This document shows, one piece after another, positions 1-12,354 of a stretch of 64,000 nt of DNA (position 1 is its first letter; every line of letters begins with the position of its first letter). The notes beneath the pieces are model-generated. The model saw only the letters and a list, made by a program, of their open reading frames with translations. It did not search any database and was not told the origin of the DNA. The position numbers were made by a program, and so were the translations under genes. The DNA is taken from the NCBI GenBank assembly GCA_964016885.1, contig OZ024741.1, positions 223,882,001 through 223,946,000 on the forward strand, given 5' to 3'. The DNA comes from Eledone cirrhosa (lineage: Eukaryota).

Positions 1-1449
1 TCACGTACCTAGGTCAGTTAAATCAGACGATAAACACATACATGCACACACACACAACTAGTTAGTCAGACATAGCGAGTTCGGTGTTTCTAGCAACTGA
101 CGAGTTGCGTATCAAAACGGTTCAACTATGTAAGGTAGGCGGCTTCTCTCTACAACGTCTGCTGTCTCCCAATTAGATATTTAACATCCAAAAACTCTAC
201 AGAAACGACTACCAACCGTTATTATAATTTTTACTTTCTTGACTCATTGATTTCCTATTTATTATTTAACCCCCACTTCACCCACACATACCATAAATCG
301 TAATGAAAACATTAAGCAAATAAAGCTGCCCTTAACAATATCTTTTCTTTTTTTTGCTTCCTTTGCTTCGTGTATTTTTAAGAAAGGTAGCATTGCTTTT
401 TCTCTAATCAACCAGTAGTAATGTTTCAATCAAATATACAACTTTTATTTTTCGGGCACACTTCTCAATAAAATGCGATGCAGTACATCATTTTCCAACA
501 ACACCTAACATAAACACACACACACACACACACACACAGACCTCGACCTTTCTAATAGATATTATATAGTTTCTTCCTGTTTCAGTCGAAATCAAGTCAA
601 ATTCTATTCTAAAACCCCTATTACTGTTGCTGGTACTCTATTGCAGTCCACAAAAGGACTTTAAAACATAACACACAAGTGCATATGTTTGACAATGTGT
701 TTATAAATATAATTTTATTTTAGATTACATCTACAGGACCAGTACTGTTTCATTCTATTGTAAAATCATATGTACCTGTAACTCCTGGTTGAGCCATAGG
801 AGTGCTGAAGTGACATACAGCTTGTCTTGGGTATTTTCTTTTAAAACCTCACAGAGCGCATCACCTCTCCTGGTTGGGAACATAGCTGATTTCTTCAAGA
901 GTGAGAAAAAAATATAGAGGAAGAATTGACCCAATACTGAACTTATAATTCACCTCAAAAGGATGAAAAGCAAAGTTGACCTTGGCAGGATTGAACTCTA
1001 CAAGCACAAACTTGTTTGAGACACCCACACAGAGCAAGGAAACCATTCTGCATGCAATCATTTACTGGCTATGGTGAAAAAGGTTTTTCTTTTTTGGTGG
1101 AATCAACTGAAAGAATTAGAAAAATCAAGTCTGGTTCATGTGGCCAACTGCTAGCATGTGCCTATAAGCCAGGGATTAATAAAATATGTACCAATCAAAT
1201 ATTGGTTCTATAGAATTGACTTTGCCCCCCCCCCCCCCATCAAAATTGCTGGCCTTGTGCCTAAATTAGGAACCAACGTAGAAACAATTATTACTGTCAT
1301 TGCTGAAGGTGATGGAAATTGGAAATGGCAAAATTGGTAGAGAATGAGGCAAAGTACCATGGGGTACTAGTTGTTTCTTTACATTCTGAGTTCAAATCCT
1401 ACTGAAGCTAACTTTACCTTTCATTGTTCTTATTGTCAATGATGGTTGA

Positions 1450-1674
1450 GGACGGTAGATTGGCAGTATCGGTAGAGCGTCAAACACTTCACTTTGCGGA
1501 ATAGAGTTACGGCTCTTTACGTTCTGAGTTTTAATACCGCTGAGGTTAGCTTTGCCTTTCACCCTTACGGGGTTGATAAAATAAAGTACCAGTAATGCAC
1601 TGGTGTCGATTTAATAGACTTTCTCCGCTCCCCCAAATTGCTAGCCTTGTGCCTAAATCAGAAACCATTATTAT
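1450..1674 (+). mobile_element. tRNA-headed SINE with Deu/Nin-like core (SINE-B)
   Basis: Box A-like TGGCAGTATCGG, degenerate box B, core GCCTTTCACCCTTACGGGGTTGATAAAATAAAGTACCAG, tail GCCTTGTGCCTAAA..GAAACCATTATT. Degenerate pieces also at ~920-1010, 1240-1430 and 2040-2110. Confidence 0.75.
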
Positions 1675-3528
1675 CAATGAGGGTTTGCACTGTTAATATG
1701 ATGATTGCTGCTGACTTTAGACTGGCAGAACTTCTCTGAGTACGTGTGTAGTGCACAGCAGAGCAGACTTTTGTAGGAGAGCAATTTTGATATTATTTAT
1801 TTTGAGAACAGTACCTTAACATAAGTATGAGCAGCCAGTTAGAGGTGAGAACATTCTGGCTGGATATGACCGGTTTAAATACTAAAGAGTTAAGGTCTAT
1901 TTGCTTATGATATCCTCTCAGTTTTAATGGTATCAGCCCAAAGCTCCTATGATAACTCAAATTATTTTGATGTTAGGTTTTGTGGAACCCATTCATACAA
2001 TTTCGATCTTCAAGTTAGTATATTTCATCATTATCTTTTTGCCTTTCATCTTTACGGGGTCGATAAAATAAAGTACCAATTGCTGGCCTTGTGCCTAAAG
2101 TAGAAATTATTATCTTTTAAGAAATTATTTTTAGCTTAACACTTATAGCTTTTAAAAATGGTAATTAGCAGCAAGATCTGCTTTTGTGTGGTTGTCCGGT
2201 ATACAGCAGGTGTGAAGTTTCATTCCTATAGGAGTTTCTTTACACTTTTTTCCACATACAAGAGTACTTTACCAGTCTTATTCGACTGCTATTTATAATT
2301 ATCTACATTGCAGTAGTTTAAAGAAAAAAAAAAAGAAGCTTATTTTCATTTTTCCTCAATATTCTTTACACAGTTTAACATAAAATTTCTAAAAAAAATT
2401 ATAATTAGAAGCCAGATACAGTTTGTTGAAATGGTTAAACACAGATATATGGTTTGATTCCCACAGGAGTCTCTGTCCACTTTTTTCCATCTCCAGAAGT
2501 ATTTTATTTGTCTTATTCAACTACTTATAGTTATCTGCATTGTGGCAACGTCTTGAAAAAGCAAACATATTTTCAAATTATTGTAGTTGTTGTTGTTGTT
2601 GTAGTTCATAATCCAATTCTCCAGAGAAAAGCTCTTCTGATGATTCTCCAATGTTTTACCTGGTTTCTTCTATTACTTCTTCATCAAACATCTTCCACCA
2701 CCACCACCACCCACTCAACTCATAAAGTATTGATTCCATTCTTTCCTCAACAATTCCACCATCCCACTCCACTTCTAACAAATTCCCTACTTTAAGATTC
2801 GATGTGTGCAACCCTTAAATTTCAGATTATCTTATCTCATTCACTGATATTATTTTATTACAGTTAATTAATGCAAAGTGGTCCCACAATAATTTAATAA
2901 ATTCAATCTTATTGACATACTACTACTACTACTACTAACAATAACAACAACAACCATAGTAATAATAATACTTTTGTATTTGTTGTTGTTATTGTTATTG
3001 TTGTTTCAGTTTTCTGCCATTAGAAAAAATAAAACATTTTGTAATTTGTATTTTTTCATCACACACCCATTTATGTGTATACACACACATATACATTTCT
3101 TTTTCATTATTTCCACTTTTCTCTTCTCTATTTTTTTATATATTTGCCTCTCTTTCTCCCAGTTTTTTTAATCTTATTCAGTTTCTATCACCCCATCTAT
3201 CTCTATCTCTCACTAATATTTTCTCTATCTCTTTCTCATCCCCCATGCTCTCAGTGTGTCTTTCATTCCACCCCCACCCCCACACAATTTCCATGTTTCT
3301 CCATCACCAGTTCATTCTTCCATGTCCTCTCTCTTTGTGTATATATGTTCACACATATATTTGTGTGTGCATTCATTCATCATTATTTTTATGTCGACTC
3401 TTTCACGGCATAGGTTGGATAAAAGGCAGTTTTTTGCAGCTTAGATGCCCTTCCTGCTCTTTTAGGCAATATATGAGTGTGTTTGTCCAATTCTTGCTAG
3501 CAAGGAACATTAAATGATGATGAGGATT

Positions 3529-3874
3529 ATCATCATCATCATCATCATCATTTTACGTCCACTTTTTCCCTGCTTGCAAGGGTGGGACGGGAACTGATTC
3601 TGGCTTGATTTCTACAGCTGGATGCCCTTCCTAACACCAACCTCATTTACAGTGAGTGCTGGGTGTTTTTTTGCCGTGGCACCCCCACGACCACTTTGCA
3701 GTGGAATGATAGGGACCCCAGTCTCTATCATCTCATTCCTACAGCTGAGTAAACTGGAGCAATGTGAAATAAAGTGTCTTGCTCAAGGAAACAACACATC
3801 ACCTGGTCTGAGAATTGAACTCACAACCTTTCGATTGCAAGGCCAATGCTCTAACCACTAAGCCATGTGCCTCC
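3529..3874 (-). mobile_element. tRNA-head/CORE-like SINE with RTE-derived tail (SINE-A)
   Basis: Reverse complement reads GGAGGCACATGGCTTAGTGG (box A), GAGTTCAATTC (box B), CCTTGAGCAAGACACTT (CORE-like), GGAAGGGCATCCAG module and a (GAT)n tail. Confidence 0.85.
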
Positions 3875-4228
3875 ATTATATATATTATAAATTCAAACAA
3901 TCATATACATTCCTCCCCATTTTTAGAAGCCTCAGTTGCTGGCCAGCAAATACTATTTCCCCCTTTTTACCACCAAGATGTTCAAGCTCATCTTGTGGTG
4001 CTAGAAAAGGAAAGTGGTAAAGATTATAATCTTTACCACTTTCCTTTCCACCTTACTGTCTCTTGGGAGGCGAACATTGGGCTAAGGTTCCAGGTCAGAT
4101 CATCTAGCTAGCTGGCCTTTAGCCACTCTCTGGTTCTTCTCTACTGCCTTAGTGTCCACTTTGTTACTCTAATTGTCCACCAGTTGTCTCTCGTTTCATA
4201 AAATATTTATATGATGCTAAATTGATAC

Positions 4229-4447
4229 TTAACCCTTTAACATTTAAACCAGCCGTATCCCGGCCAGAATTCTCTCACCTTTTTCTGTTCAAACTGGCTG
4301 TAACTGGTCACTCATACTGATGTTAAAGTATTGTTCTCAAAATAAATAACATAGATTTGCTATTACGTGAGATAATTATGTGAGGTAAAGCCTTTACTCT
4401 GAAACTACAATAGTAAATATAGAATAATGTGAATGCTAAAGGGTTAA
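4229..4447 (+). mobile_element. piggyBac-like MITE (TTAA TSD, CCCTTTA..TAAAGGG TIRs)
   Basis: TTAA-CCCTTTAACATT ... AATGCTAAAGGG-TTAA; at least 6 related copies in the window. Confidence 0.8.
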
Positions 4448-4595
4448 TTCCCATTTAATTATCAACATTCTGTTTGTTACAAATACCAAAACTGATGAAA
4501 TCACAAACGAAGAATCCTACATTAATAACTGGATCCAAGTAAGAGTGCTCAAACATGTGAACCACCGGTAACTCAACATTACACAAAAAACAACT

Positions 4596-5505
4596 ATCAT
4601 CATCATCACCATTTGACATCCATTTTTCACGTTAGCATGTGTTAGACGGGTTATCCCATTTGAGGCAAGTCAAGTCAGATGACTGTCTTGCTCATACAGA
4701 ACTGTTTCTGGCTTGGTTTTTATGGCTGGATGCCCTTCCTAATGGCAAGCACATTTACAGTGTGGGCTGGGTTCTTTTTATCATGACACTTATGCTTTTT
4801 GTTATGACACCCAAATGACCATTTTACAGTGTGGACTGGGGAAGGGGGTTTAAAGCCATGGGAAAAGGGTGGGGTGATCAGAATATGGGAGATGTATGGA
4901 AGGGGGAGGGAGGATAGTGGTTAAATGGTGCAAACTAGATATATGCTTTAATCTGTGATCATGGGAAGGCGGGTCTTCTATATTACTGCATAACACCAAA
5001 GATCTAGATCCTGTGTCATTGCCTTTGAGAAGTGCAATTGTGCAAGGTCAGTTTTTATCACTTCATCTCAGGCGTTCCTAAGTCTTCCTACTCCATAACT
5101 TCCATCAATTTTGATTGCCCTGCACCTTTTTATACAGTTGTCATCTTTCATACACATCACATGTCCACACCAACGTAATCTCCTCTCCTGCACACAGCAT
5201 TTGATTCTGCTTATGCTCAGTTTCTCTCTCAGTTCATTTATGCTTTACACTTCATGTATATTGCTATTACACATCCATCGAAGCATGCAAGCTTCATTTC
5301 TTTCCAATCTTTGCAGATCCTCTGCACACAGTGCCCAGGTTTCACTTCCATGCAACATTGCTGTTCATATACATGCATCATACAATCTGCCCTTGATTTT
5401 GAGGGAAAAATCTTTTGTAGCAAGCAGTGGTAGTAGCTCCCTGAACTTTCCCTATCCTGTTCTTATTGTGGCTACTATACTTTCGGAACACCCTCCTCCA
5501 CTGAT
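4596..5505 (-). mobile_element. Old 5'-truncated RTE LINE fragment with 3' UTR
   Basis: Reverse strand matches the RTE C-terminus (GGCSESIVA..., CCVQERRLRW) with frameshifts, the shared UTR module and a (GAT)n tail. Confidence 0.8.
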
Positions 5506-6034
5506 TGTTTTACTTACTACTGCTAACTTGTACAGCCGTTTGGTCAACTTGCAGCAAACTATCTTCATCCCATTCATTCTCCTCATTTAGTAGTCTTTCA
5601 TAGTGGCACGTCCATGCTACCTTCTTTTCAGCATCAGACTGTATATACCCATGTAAAAGTCAAATTTATTTACCATTTTTTAAAGTTAAATTTAAGGGAT
5701 CAACTATTACATGGATACTACTTTTGAGGGGCTTGAAATTCAAGCTAGAATCCAAACTACCGTATCAGTAGCAGAAGCCTAAATAATCTCTAAATGAATA
5801 AAAACAAAAACAATGAATTACAGTAATATTACCGATTCTATGTATCAAAACACACATCCTAGTAAATAAAATACATAGACAAGGCTGCAGAGCTCTTATA
5901 AATATTCATCAAACTTAACAGACTGGCTTAATGCAATCAATTTATATCTCATAATTACTCTATATTACCTACCATGGGTAATATATCTACCAGTATGCCA
6001 CTACTTACTGTAATACTGTGTACATAGCCGTGTA

Positions 6035-6280
6035 GGTGTCACTGCAAAAAGCACCCAGTCCAAACTGTAAAGTGGTTATGTAGGTGTCACAATAAAAAGC
6101 ACCCAGCACTCACTGTAAATAAGGTTGGCGATAGGAAGGGCATCCAGCTGTAGAAACCATGCCAAAATAAGTTGTGTATGAGCAAGACATGGTCACCTGA
6201 CCTAGCATTGCCCACAACAGGACAACTCGTCTAGCCCGTGCTAGTGTGGAAAAATGGACGTAAAATGGTGAGGATGATGG
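6035..6280 (+). mobile_element. Headless RTE/SINE 3' tail fragment
   Basis: Duplicated GTAGGTGTCAC..AAAAAGCACCCAG unit, GGAAGGGCATCCAGCTGTAGAAA, TGGACGTAAAATGGTGAGGATGATG. Confidence 0.65.
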
Positions 6281-6431
6281 CCGATACCTGCTCAGTGTTT
6301 TTCACAATAAAACTCTCCAATCACATTATTTTCATATTTGTGGTTAAAGTCACACTCTTCAAAGGTGTGTTATGGTACATTATATTAGTGTTATATTTTT
6401 ATTTATAACTAATTCAGTCCAACTTAAGGCT

Positions 6432-6657
6432 TTAGCCCTTTAGCATTTATTTACTATTATATTTTATATTATTTACTATTATATTTTCACAGTAAATGCT
6501 TTATCTCACATAATATCGAATCTATAAGATTTTGATATTATTTATTTTCAGAACAATAACTTAACATAAGTATGAGCGGCTGGTTACAGCTAGTTTGAAC
6601 AGAAAGAGGTGAGAGAATTCTGGCCGGATAGTGCCAGTTTAAATGGTAAAGGGTTAA
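6432..6657 (-). mobile_element. piggyBac-like MITE
   Basis: Reverse-oriented copy of the 4229-4447 family; CCCTTTAGCATTT ... AAATGGTAAAGGG-TTAA. Confidence 0.75.
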
Positions 6658-6961
6658 ATAGCAAAATTGATAAAAGAAGTAGAAACACAACACCACTCTC
6701 CACCATTAACAATCATGATGATTTCTACGTACAGAATGTTACTTTGACCCAAATGTTGACCTGTTATCTGGGAAATACCAGGGTCAACTTTTATACAGGA
6801 TCTATAGAAATTTCCAGATTTTTGGCCGAAAATAGGTACTTGACTTTCGCATGAGATTGACTATTACTAGAGTATATACAGTACCTTCCATATACTGTAC
6901 CGATTGTGTTGTTATTTCTGTTTACCTTTTACATATATATATTTGTATATGATGATGATGA

Positions 6962-7190
<229 letters not shown>

Positions 7191-7195
7191 TAGTG

Positions 7196-7413
7196 AAGGC
7201 GTATGGCTGAGTGGTTAGAGAATTGTATTCGCAATCGTAAGGTTGTGAGTTCGATTCCTGGACCAGGCGATGCGTTATGTCCTTGAGCAAGACACTTTAT
7301 TTCACGTTGCTCCTTCTACCTGGAGTTGCGACCGATAGATAGTATTAGCAATTGGAAAGACCAACGGAAACATTGTTCCCTCGGTCCGATTTGACAACAA
7401 AGTCGATCGTTCC
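7196..7413 (+). mobile_element. tRNA-head/CORE-like SINE with a different 3' tail
   Basis: GAAGGCGTATGGCTGAGTGG, GAGTTCGATTCC, GTCCTTGAGCAAGACACTTTATTTCAC, followed by an unrelated tail. Confidence 0.7.
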
Positions 7414-7493
7414 TATATATATGTATATATGTATATGTATATATGTATATATATATATGTATATATATATATATGTATATGTATATATATATG

Positions 7494-7540
<47 letters not shown>

Positions 7541-7886
7541 GGTGGCACATGGCTTAGTGGTTAGAGCATTGGCCTTGCAATCGAAAGGTTATGAGTTCAA
7601 TTCTCAAATCGGGTGATGTGTTGTTTCCTTGAGCAAGACACTTTATTTCACATTGCTCCAGTTTACTCAGCTGTAGAATTGAGATGATAGGACTGGGGTC
7701 CATATCATTCCACTGTAAAGTGGTCGTGTAGGCGCCACAGAAAAAAAGCATCCAGCACTCACTGTAAATGAGGTTGGTGTTAGGAAGGGCATCCAGCTGT
7801 AGAAATCAAGCCAGAATCAGTTCCCGTCCCACCCTTGCAAGCAGGGAAAAGCAGACGTAAAATGATGATGATGATGATGATGATGA
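7541..7886 (+). mobile_element. SINE-A
   Basis: Box A/B, CORE-like segment, RTE-type tail and (ATG)n; flanked by (TA)n. Confidence 0.85.
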
Positions 7887-8023
7887 TATATAAATATATA
7901 CATACATATATACATATTTATATATATATATATATATACAAAAATATATATATATATTTGTGTATATATATATATAAATATGTATATATGTATGTATATA
8001 TTTATATATATATATATATGTGT

Positions 8024-8371
8024 CATCATCATCATTTCATCATTTCATTTTACGTCCACTTTTTCCCTGCTTGCAAGGGTGGGACGGGAACTGATTCTGG
8101 CTTGATTTCTACAGCTGGATGCCCTTCCTAACACCAACCTCATTTACAGTGAGTGCTGGGCGCTTTTTTGCCGTGGCACCTCCACGACCAATTTGCAGTG
8201 GAATGATAGGGACCCCAGTCCCTATCATCTTATTTCTACAGCTGAGTAAACTGGAGCAATGTGAAATAAAGTGTCTTGCTCAAGGAAACAACACATCACC
8301 CGGTCTGAGAATTGAACTAACAACCTTTTGATTGCAAGGCCAATGCTCTAACCACTAAGACATGTGCCTCC
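8024..8371 (-). mobile_element. SINE-A
   Basis: Near-identical to 3529-3874; lies tail-to-tail with 7541-7886. Confidence 0.85.
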
Positions 8372-8395
8372 ATACACACACACACACACACACAC

Positions 8396-8428
<33 letters not shown>

Positions 8429-8429
<1 letters not shown>

Positions 8430-11296
8430 CATCATCAGGTTTAGCGTCCGTGTTCCACGCTTGCATGGGTTTGGACGGGGGTTTTCCCACTTGAGGCAAG
8501 AGTGGTTGTCTTGCTCGCATAGGACTGTCTGGCGGGTTTTCTACAGTTGGATGCCCTTCCTAACACCAACCACATTTACAGTGTGGGGCTGGGAGGTTTT
8601 TACCGTGTTGCCTACACGGCCACATTACAGCGTGGACTGTCTGGCGGGTTTTCTACAGCTGGATGCCCTTCCTAACACCAACCACATTTACAGTGTGGGG
8701 CTGGGAGGTTTTTACCGTGTTGCCTACACGGCCACATTTACAGCGTGGACTGTGTGTTTTTTGTCGTGACACCTACACGATCTCATTTGTTTCGGCCTGG
8801 ATGTTGTGGGACCAACATAACTTTACATTGAAAGGGGCGGTGTGGAGGTGGTGGGACGGGGGTGTGTTTTGATAGAGGTGCCTACTGACTGTAGTAGGTT
8901 TTTACTTTGTATTTAGGTAAGGCGGGTCTTCTCTATTACTGTGTACCGCCAAAGGTCTCGGTCCAGTGACATTGTCTTGGAGAGGTGTAAGCGTGTGAGG
9001 TCGGAATTTATCAGCTCGTCCCATGTTTTTCTGGGTCTGCCTACTCCGTGGCTACCGTCTATCTTTATTGCCCTGCACTTTGTTATACAGCTGTCGTCTT
9101 TCATGCGCATCACGTGACCGTACCAACGTAGCCTTCTCTCGAGTAAACAACATCTGATCCCTCTTATTTCTAATTTTTTTCTTAGTTCGTTTATGCTTTG
9201 CCGTTCACGTATATTACTATTGCACATCCAGCGGAGCATGCAAGCTTCGTTCCTCTCTAGTCTGCGTATATCCTCTGCACACAATGCCCAGGTCTCACTG
9301 CCATGCAGCATTGCTGTTCGTATGCAGGCATCGTATAACCTGCCTTTCATTTTTAGGGAGAACCCTCTAGCGGCTAATAGTGGTATAAGCTCTCTGAACT
9401 TTTTCCATCCAGTTCTGACTCTAGCTACTGTACTTTCAGAGCACCCTCCCCCACTGCTGATTTTGTCACCCAGATAACGGAAGCTGTCCACTATTTCTAT
9501 AGAACCCTCTGCGCAGTTGAAGGAGCTAGTATTTTGTGGGCACTTGCTGCTACTTATTGCACCAGAGCACCGGCCACATGTAAAATCTATGTTCTTAGTT
9601 AGCTTACCTGTGATCCCACTACATCTTTTATGCACCCATACTTTGCATTTGGGACATAAAATGGAGTTTCTACCTACGCCTTTCCTACACACTGAGCATG
9701 GCCATTTCCCCGATGGGACCGCCGCCTTATTTTCTTTCCTACAAACTAGAACTTTAGTCTTAGCCAGGTTAATTTTAAGGCCTTTTGATTCTAGGCCGTG
9801 CTTCCACGTTTGGAATTTCTTCTCTAGTTCGGTCATTGATTCAGCTATGAGCGTTAGATCATCTGCGTATAGGAGTTCCCATGGGCAGCCGGTCTTGAAC
9901 TCCTCTGTTATAGCCTGAAGGGCAATAATAAATAGTAGGGGGCTAAGTACAGAGCCCTGATGGACACCAACTTTTACGCTAAACTCTTCACTATATTCGT
10001 TGTTAATTCTAACCTTACTGACTGTTTCTTTATACATGGCTTGTATAGCTCTCACAAGCCATTCGTCAACACCTAGTTTTCTAAGAGACCACCAGATAAT
10101 GGAACGGGGGACTCTGTCGAAGGCTTTCTCCAAGTCGACAAAAGCTAAGTATAGGGGTTTACTTTTAGCTAGGTACTTCTCCTGTAGTTGTCGTACAATG
10201 AAAAGAGCGTCTGTGGTACTTTTGCCTGACACAAACCCGAACTGCATTTCATCTAGATCAATTCTCTCTCTGATTAGTTGCGCTATTACTTTTTCCGTGA
10301 CCTTCATGACCTGGTCGATTAATTTAATGCCTCTATAGTTACTCCTATCTAGGGCATCTCCTTTTCCCTTATAGCAGTTAACGATGATGCTGCTACGCCA
10401 TTCCTTCGGAACAACCCCATTCTGTACGACTTGGTTAACTATCCGGGTGACCATGGTGTGTCCCACCGAACCAGATGCCTTCAGCATCTCAGCAACTATT
10501 TCCGAAGGCCCAGCCGCCTTACCCGTCTTCATATCTTTGATTGCCTTACTTATTATACTACCTTCAACTAACACTGCTGGTCCCTCTATTGGATCGATCT
10601 GGGGGAGACTGTCTTTCTCCCATTTGTTCTCCTCATTTAGAAGCCTTTCGTAGTGACACTTCCAAGCTACCTTCTTATCAGCGTCGGTGATGGCAAGTAT
10701 GCCATCATCGTTAAGTACACACTTCTCCCCGACAATATCACGGTTTTCCTTGACACATTGCCTGGCAATCCTGAACACCTCACGTTTTTTGGTCCTCACG
10801 TTGTAGAACATGCTTGAACTTTCTTTCCTCTGCTTCCCTTCTTGCGAAGTACACTTGTCTCCTAGCTTCCCTCCTGGCCACTTGATAGTCTTCTCTACTT
10901 CCCCCATCCCGCCATACTTTCCAAGCCTGCTTTTTGGCCTTAATTGACTCCTCCACCTTACTGTTCCACCACCATGTTACTCTCCTCCTACCTACAGGCC
11001 TGCTCCAGCCACAGACTTCGTCTGCCGCCGTCAGCAGGTTTGCTCTCAGGAATTCCCACTGTTCCTCTATATTATACGACTCTAATTGCTCTTCCTTACT
11101 GTCGAAAGCGTCAAGTAATTTGCTTTGAAATTTATTTCTGGCTATGGGGTCCTTTAGCTTCCATATTTTTCTCCTGAGGATAGTCCTCTTTCGCTGTCTA
11201 GTACGTCTCGTCCTGACTATGAGGTCGCTAATTATCAGTCTATGTTGGGAGGTGAATTCTTCATGGGGGTGGGATTTAGTGTTAACAACAGACACT
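8429..11296 (-). mobile_element. RTE LINE, 5'-truncated, one frameshift near 10785
   Basis: ORFs 10780-11295 and 8913-10907 carry QFGF, FVDLEKAFD, GVHQGSVLSP, YADD and the PHD-type finger; 3' UTR and (GAT)n tail present. Confidence 0.95.
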
Positions 11297-11321
11297 TATA
11301 TATATATATATATATATATAT

Positions 11322-12018
11322 TGTGTAATAGTAATATACGTGAACGGCAAAGCATAAACGAACTAAGGAAAAAATTAGAAATAAGAGGGATCAGATGTTG
11401 TTTACTCGAGAGAAGGCTACGTTGGTATAGTCACGTGATGCGCATGAAAGACGATAGCTGTATAACAAAGTGCAGGGCAATAAAGATAGACGGTAGCCAC
11501 GGAGTAGGCAGACCCAGAAAAACCTGGGACGAGCTGATAAATTCCGACCTCACACACTTACACCTCTCCAAGACAATGTCACTGGACCGAGACCTTTGGC
11601 GGTACTCAGTAATAGAGAAGACCCGCCTTACCTAAATACAAAGTAAAACCTACTACAGTCAATAGGCATCTCTAACAAAATACACCCCACCCCCACCCCA
11701 TCCACACCGCCCCTTTCAATGTAAAGTTATGTTGGTGCCACAACATCCAGGCCGAAACAAATGAGATCGTGTAGGTGTCACGACAAAAAACACACAGTCC
11801 ACGCTGTAATGTGGCCGTGTAGGCAACACGGTAAAAACCTCCAGCCCCACACTGTAAATGTGGTTGGTGTTAGGAAGGGCATCCAGCCGTAGAAAACCCA
11901 CCAGACAGTCCTATGCGAGCAAGACAATCACTCTTGCCTCAAGTGGGAAAACCCCCGTCCAAACCCATGCAAGCGTGGAACATGGACGTTAAACGTTGAT
12001 GATGATGATGATGATGAT
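11322..12018 (+). mobile_element. RTE LINE 3' fragment
   Basis: CNSNIRERQSINELRKKLEIRG...IEKTRLT*, full 3' UTR, (GAT)n. Confidence 0.93.
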
Positions 12019-12096
12019 GTATGTATATATGTACATATATATATAGAATAAGGAAAAGCGAAGTAGTTTCAGATGTTCAAGTCCTTTAATAATAAT

Positions 12097-12274
12097 TGTT
12101 TCTACTTTAGGCACAAGGCCAGCAATTACCCAGTGCATTGCTGGTACTTTATTTTATCGACCCCGTAAGGATGAAAGGCAAAGTCAACCTCGGCGGGATT
12201 TGAACTCAGATCGTAAAGGGACGTAACTATGCTGGAAGGCATGGCGTCCGACCCTCTACCGATACTGCCAATCC
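12097..12274 (-). mobile_element. SINE-B inserted in the terminal repeat, AATAAT target duplication
   Basis: The empty site TTTAATAATAATGCTG is visible in the sister repeat near 13564-13579. Confidence 0.85.
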
Positions 12275-12280
12275 AATAAT

Positions 12281-12354
12281 GCTGTGATATATATTTCAAT
12301 GACGACACTGGCCACACTGTTCTGTGTGCGAGTGTCGTGACATCATCAGACAGC
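12281..12354 (-). ncRNA. Type I hammerhead ribozyme motif
   Basis: GCTGT-CTGATGA-[stem II ACGACACT/AGTGTCGT]-GAAA-TATATA-TC-ACAGC; 5-bp stem I, palindromic stem III, AUC triplet. Confidence 0.7.

Noticed and set aside
93-128. CTGACGA...AAAAC hammerhead-like string
   Set aside because: No GAAA and no stem I; it is just a GCAAC/GTTGC hairpin.
7541-7612. tRNA genes at SINE heads
   Set aside because: Box A/B are present but there is no acceptor stem, and they continue into SINE bodies.
9193-10653. Recurrent ORFs antisense to the RTE ORF
   Set aside because: Shadow frames; they recur only because the LINE is repeated.
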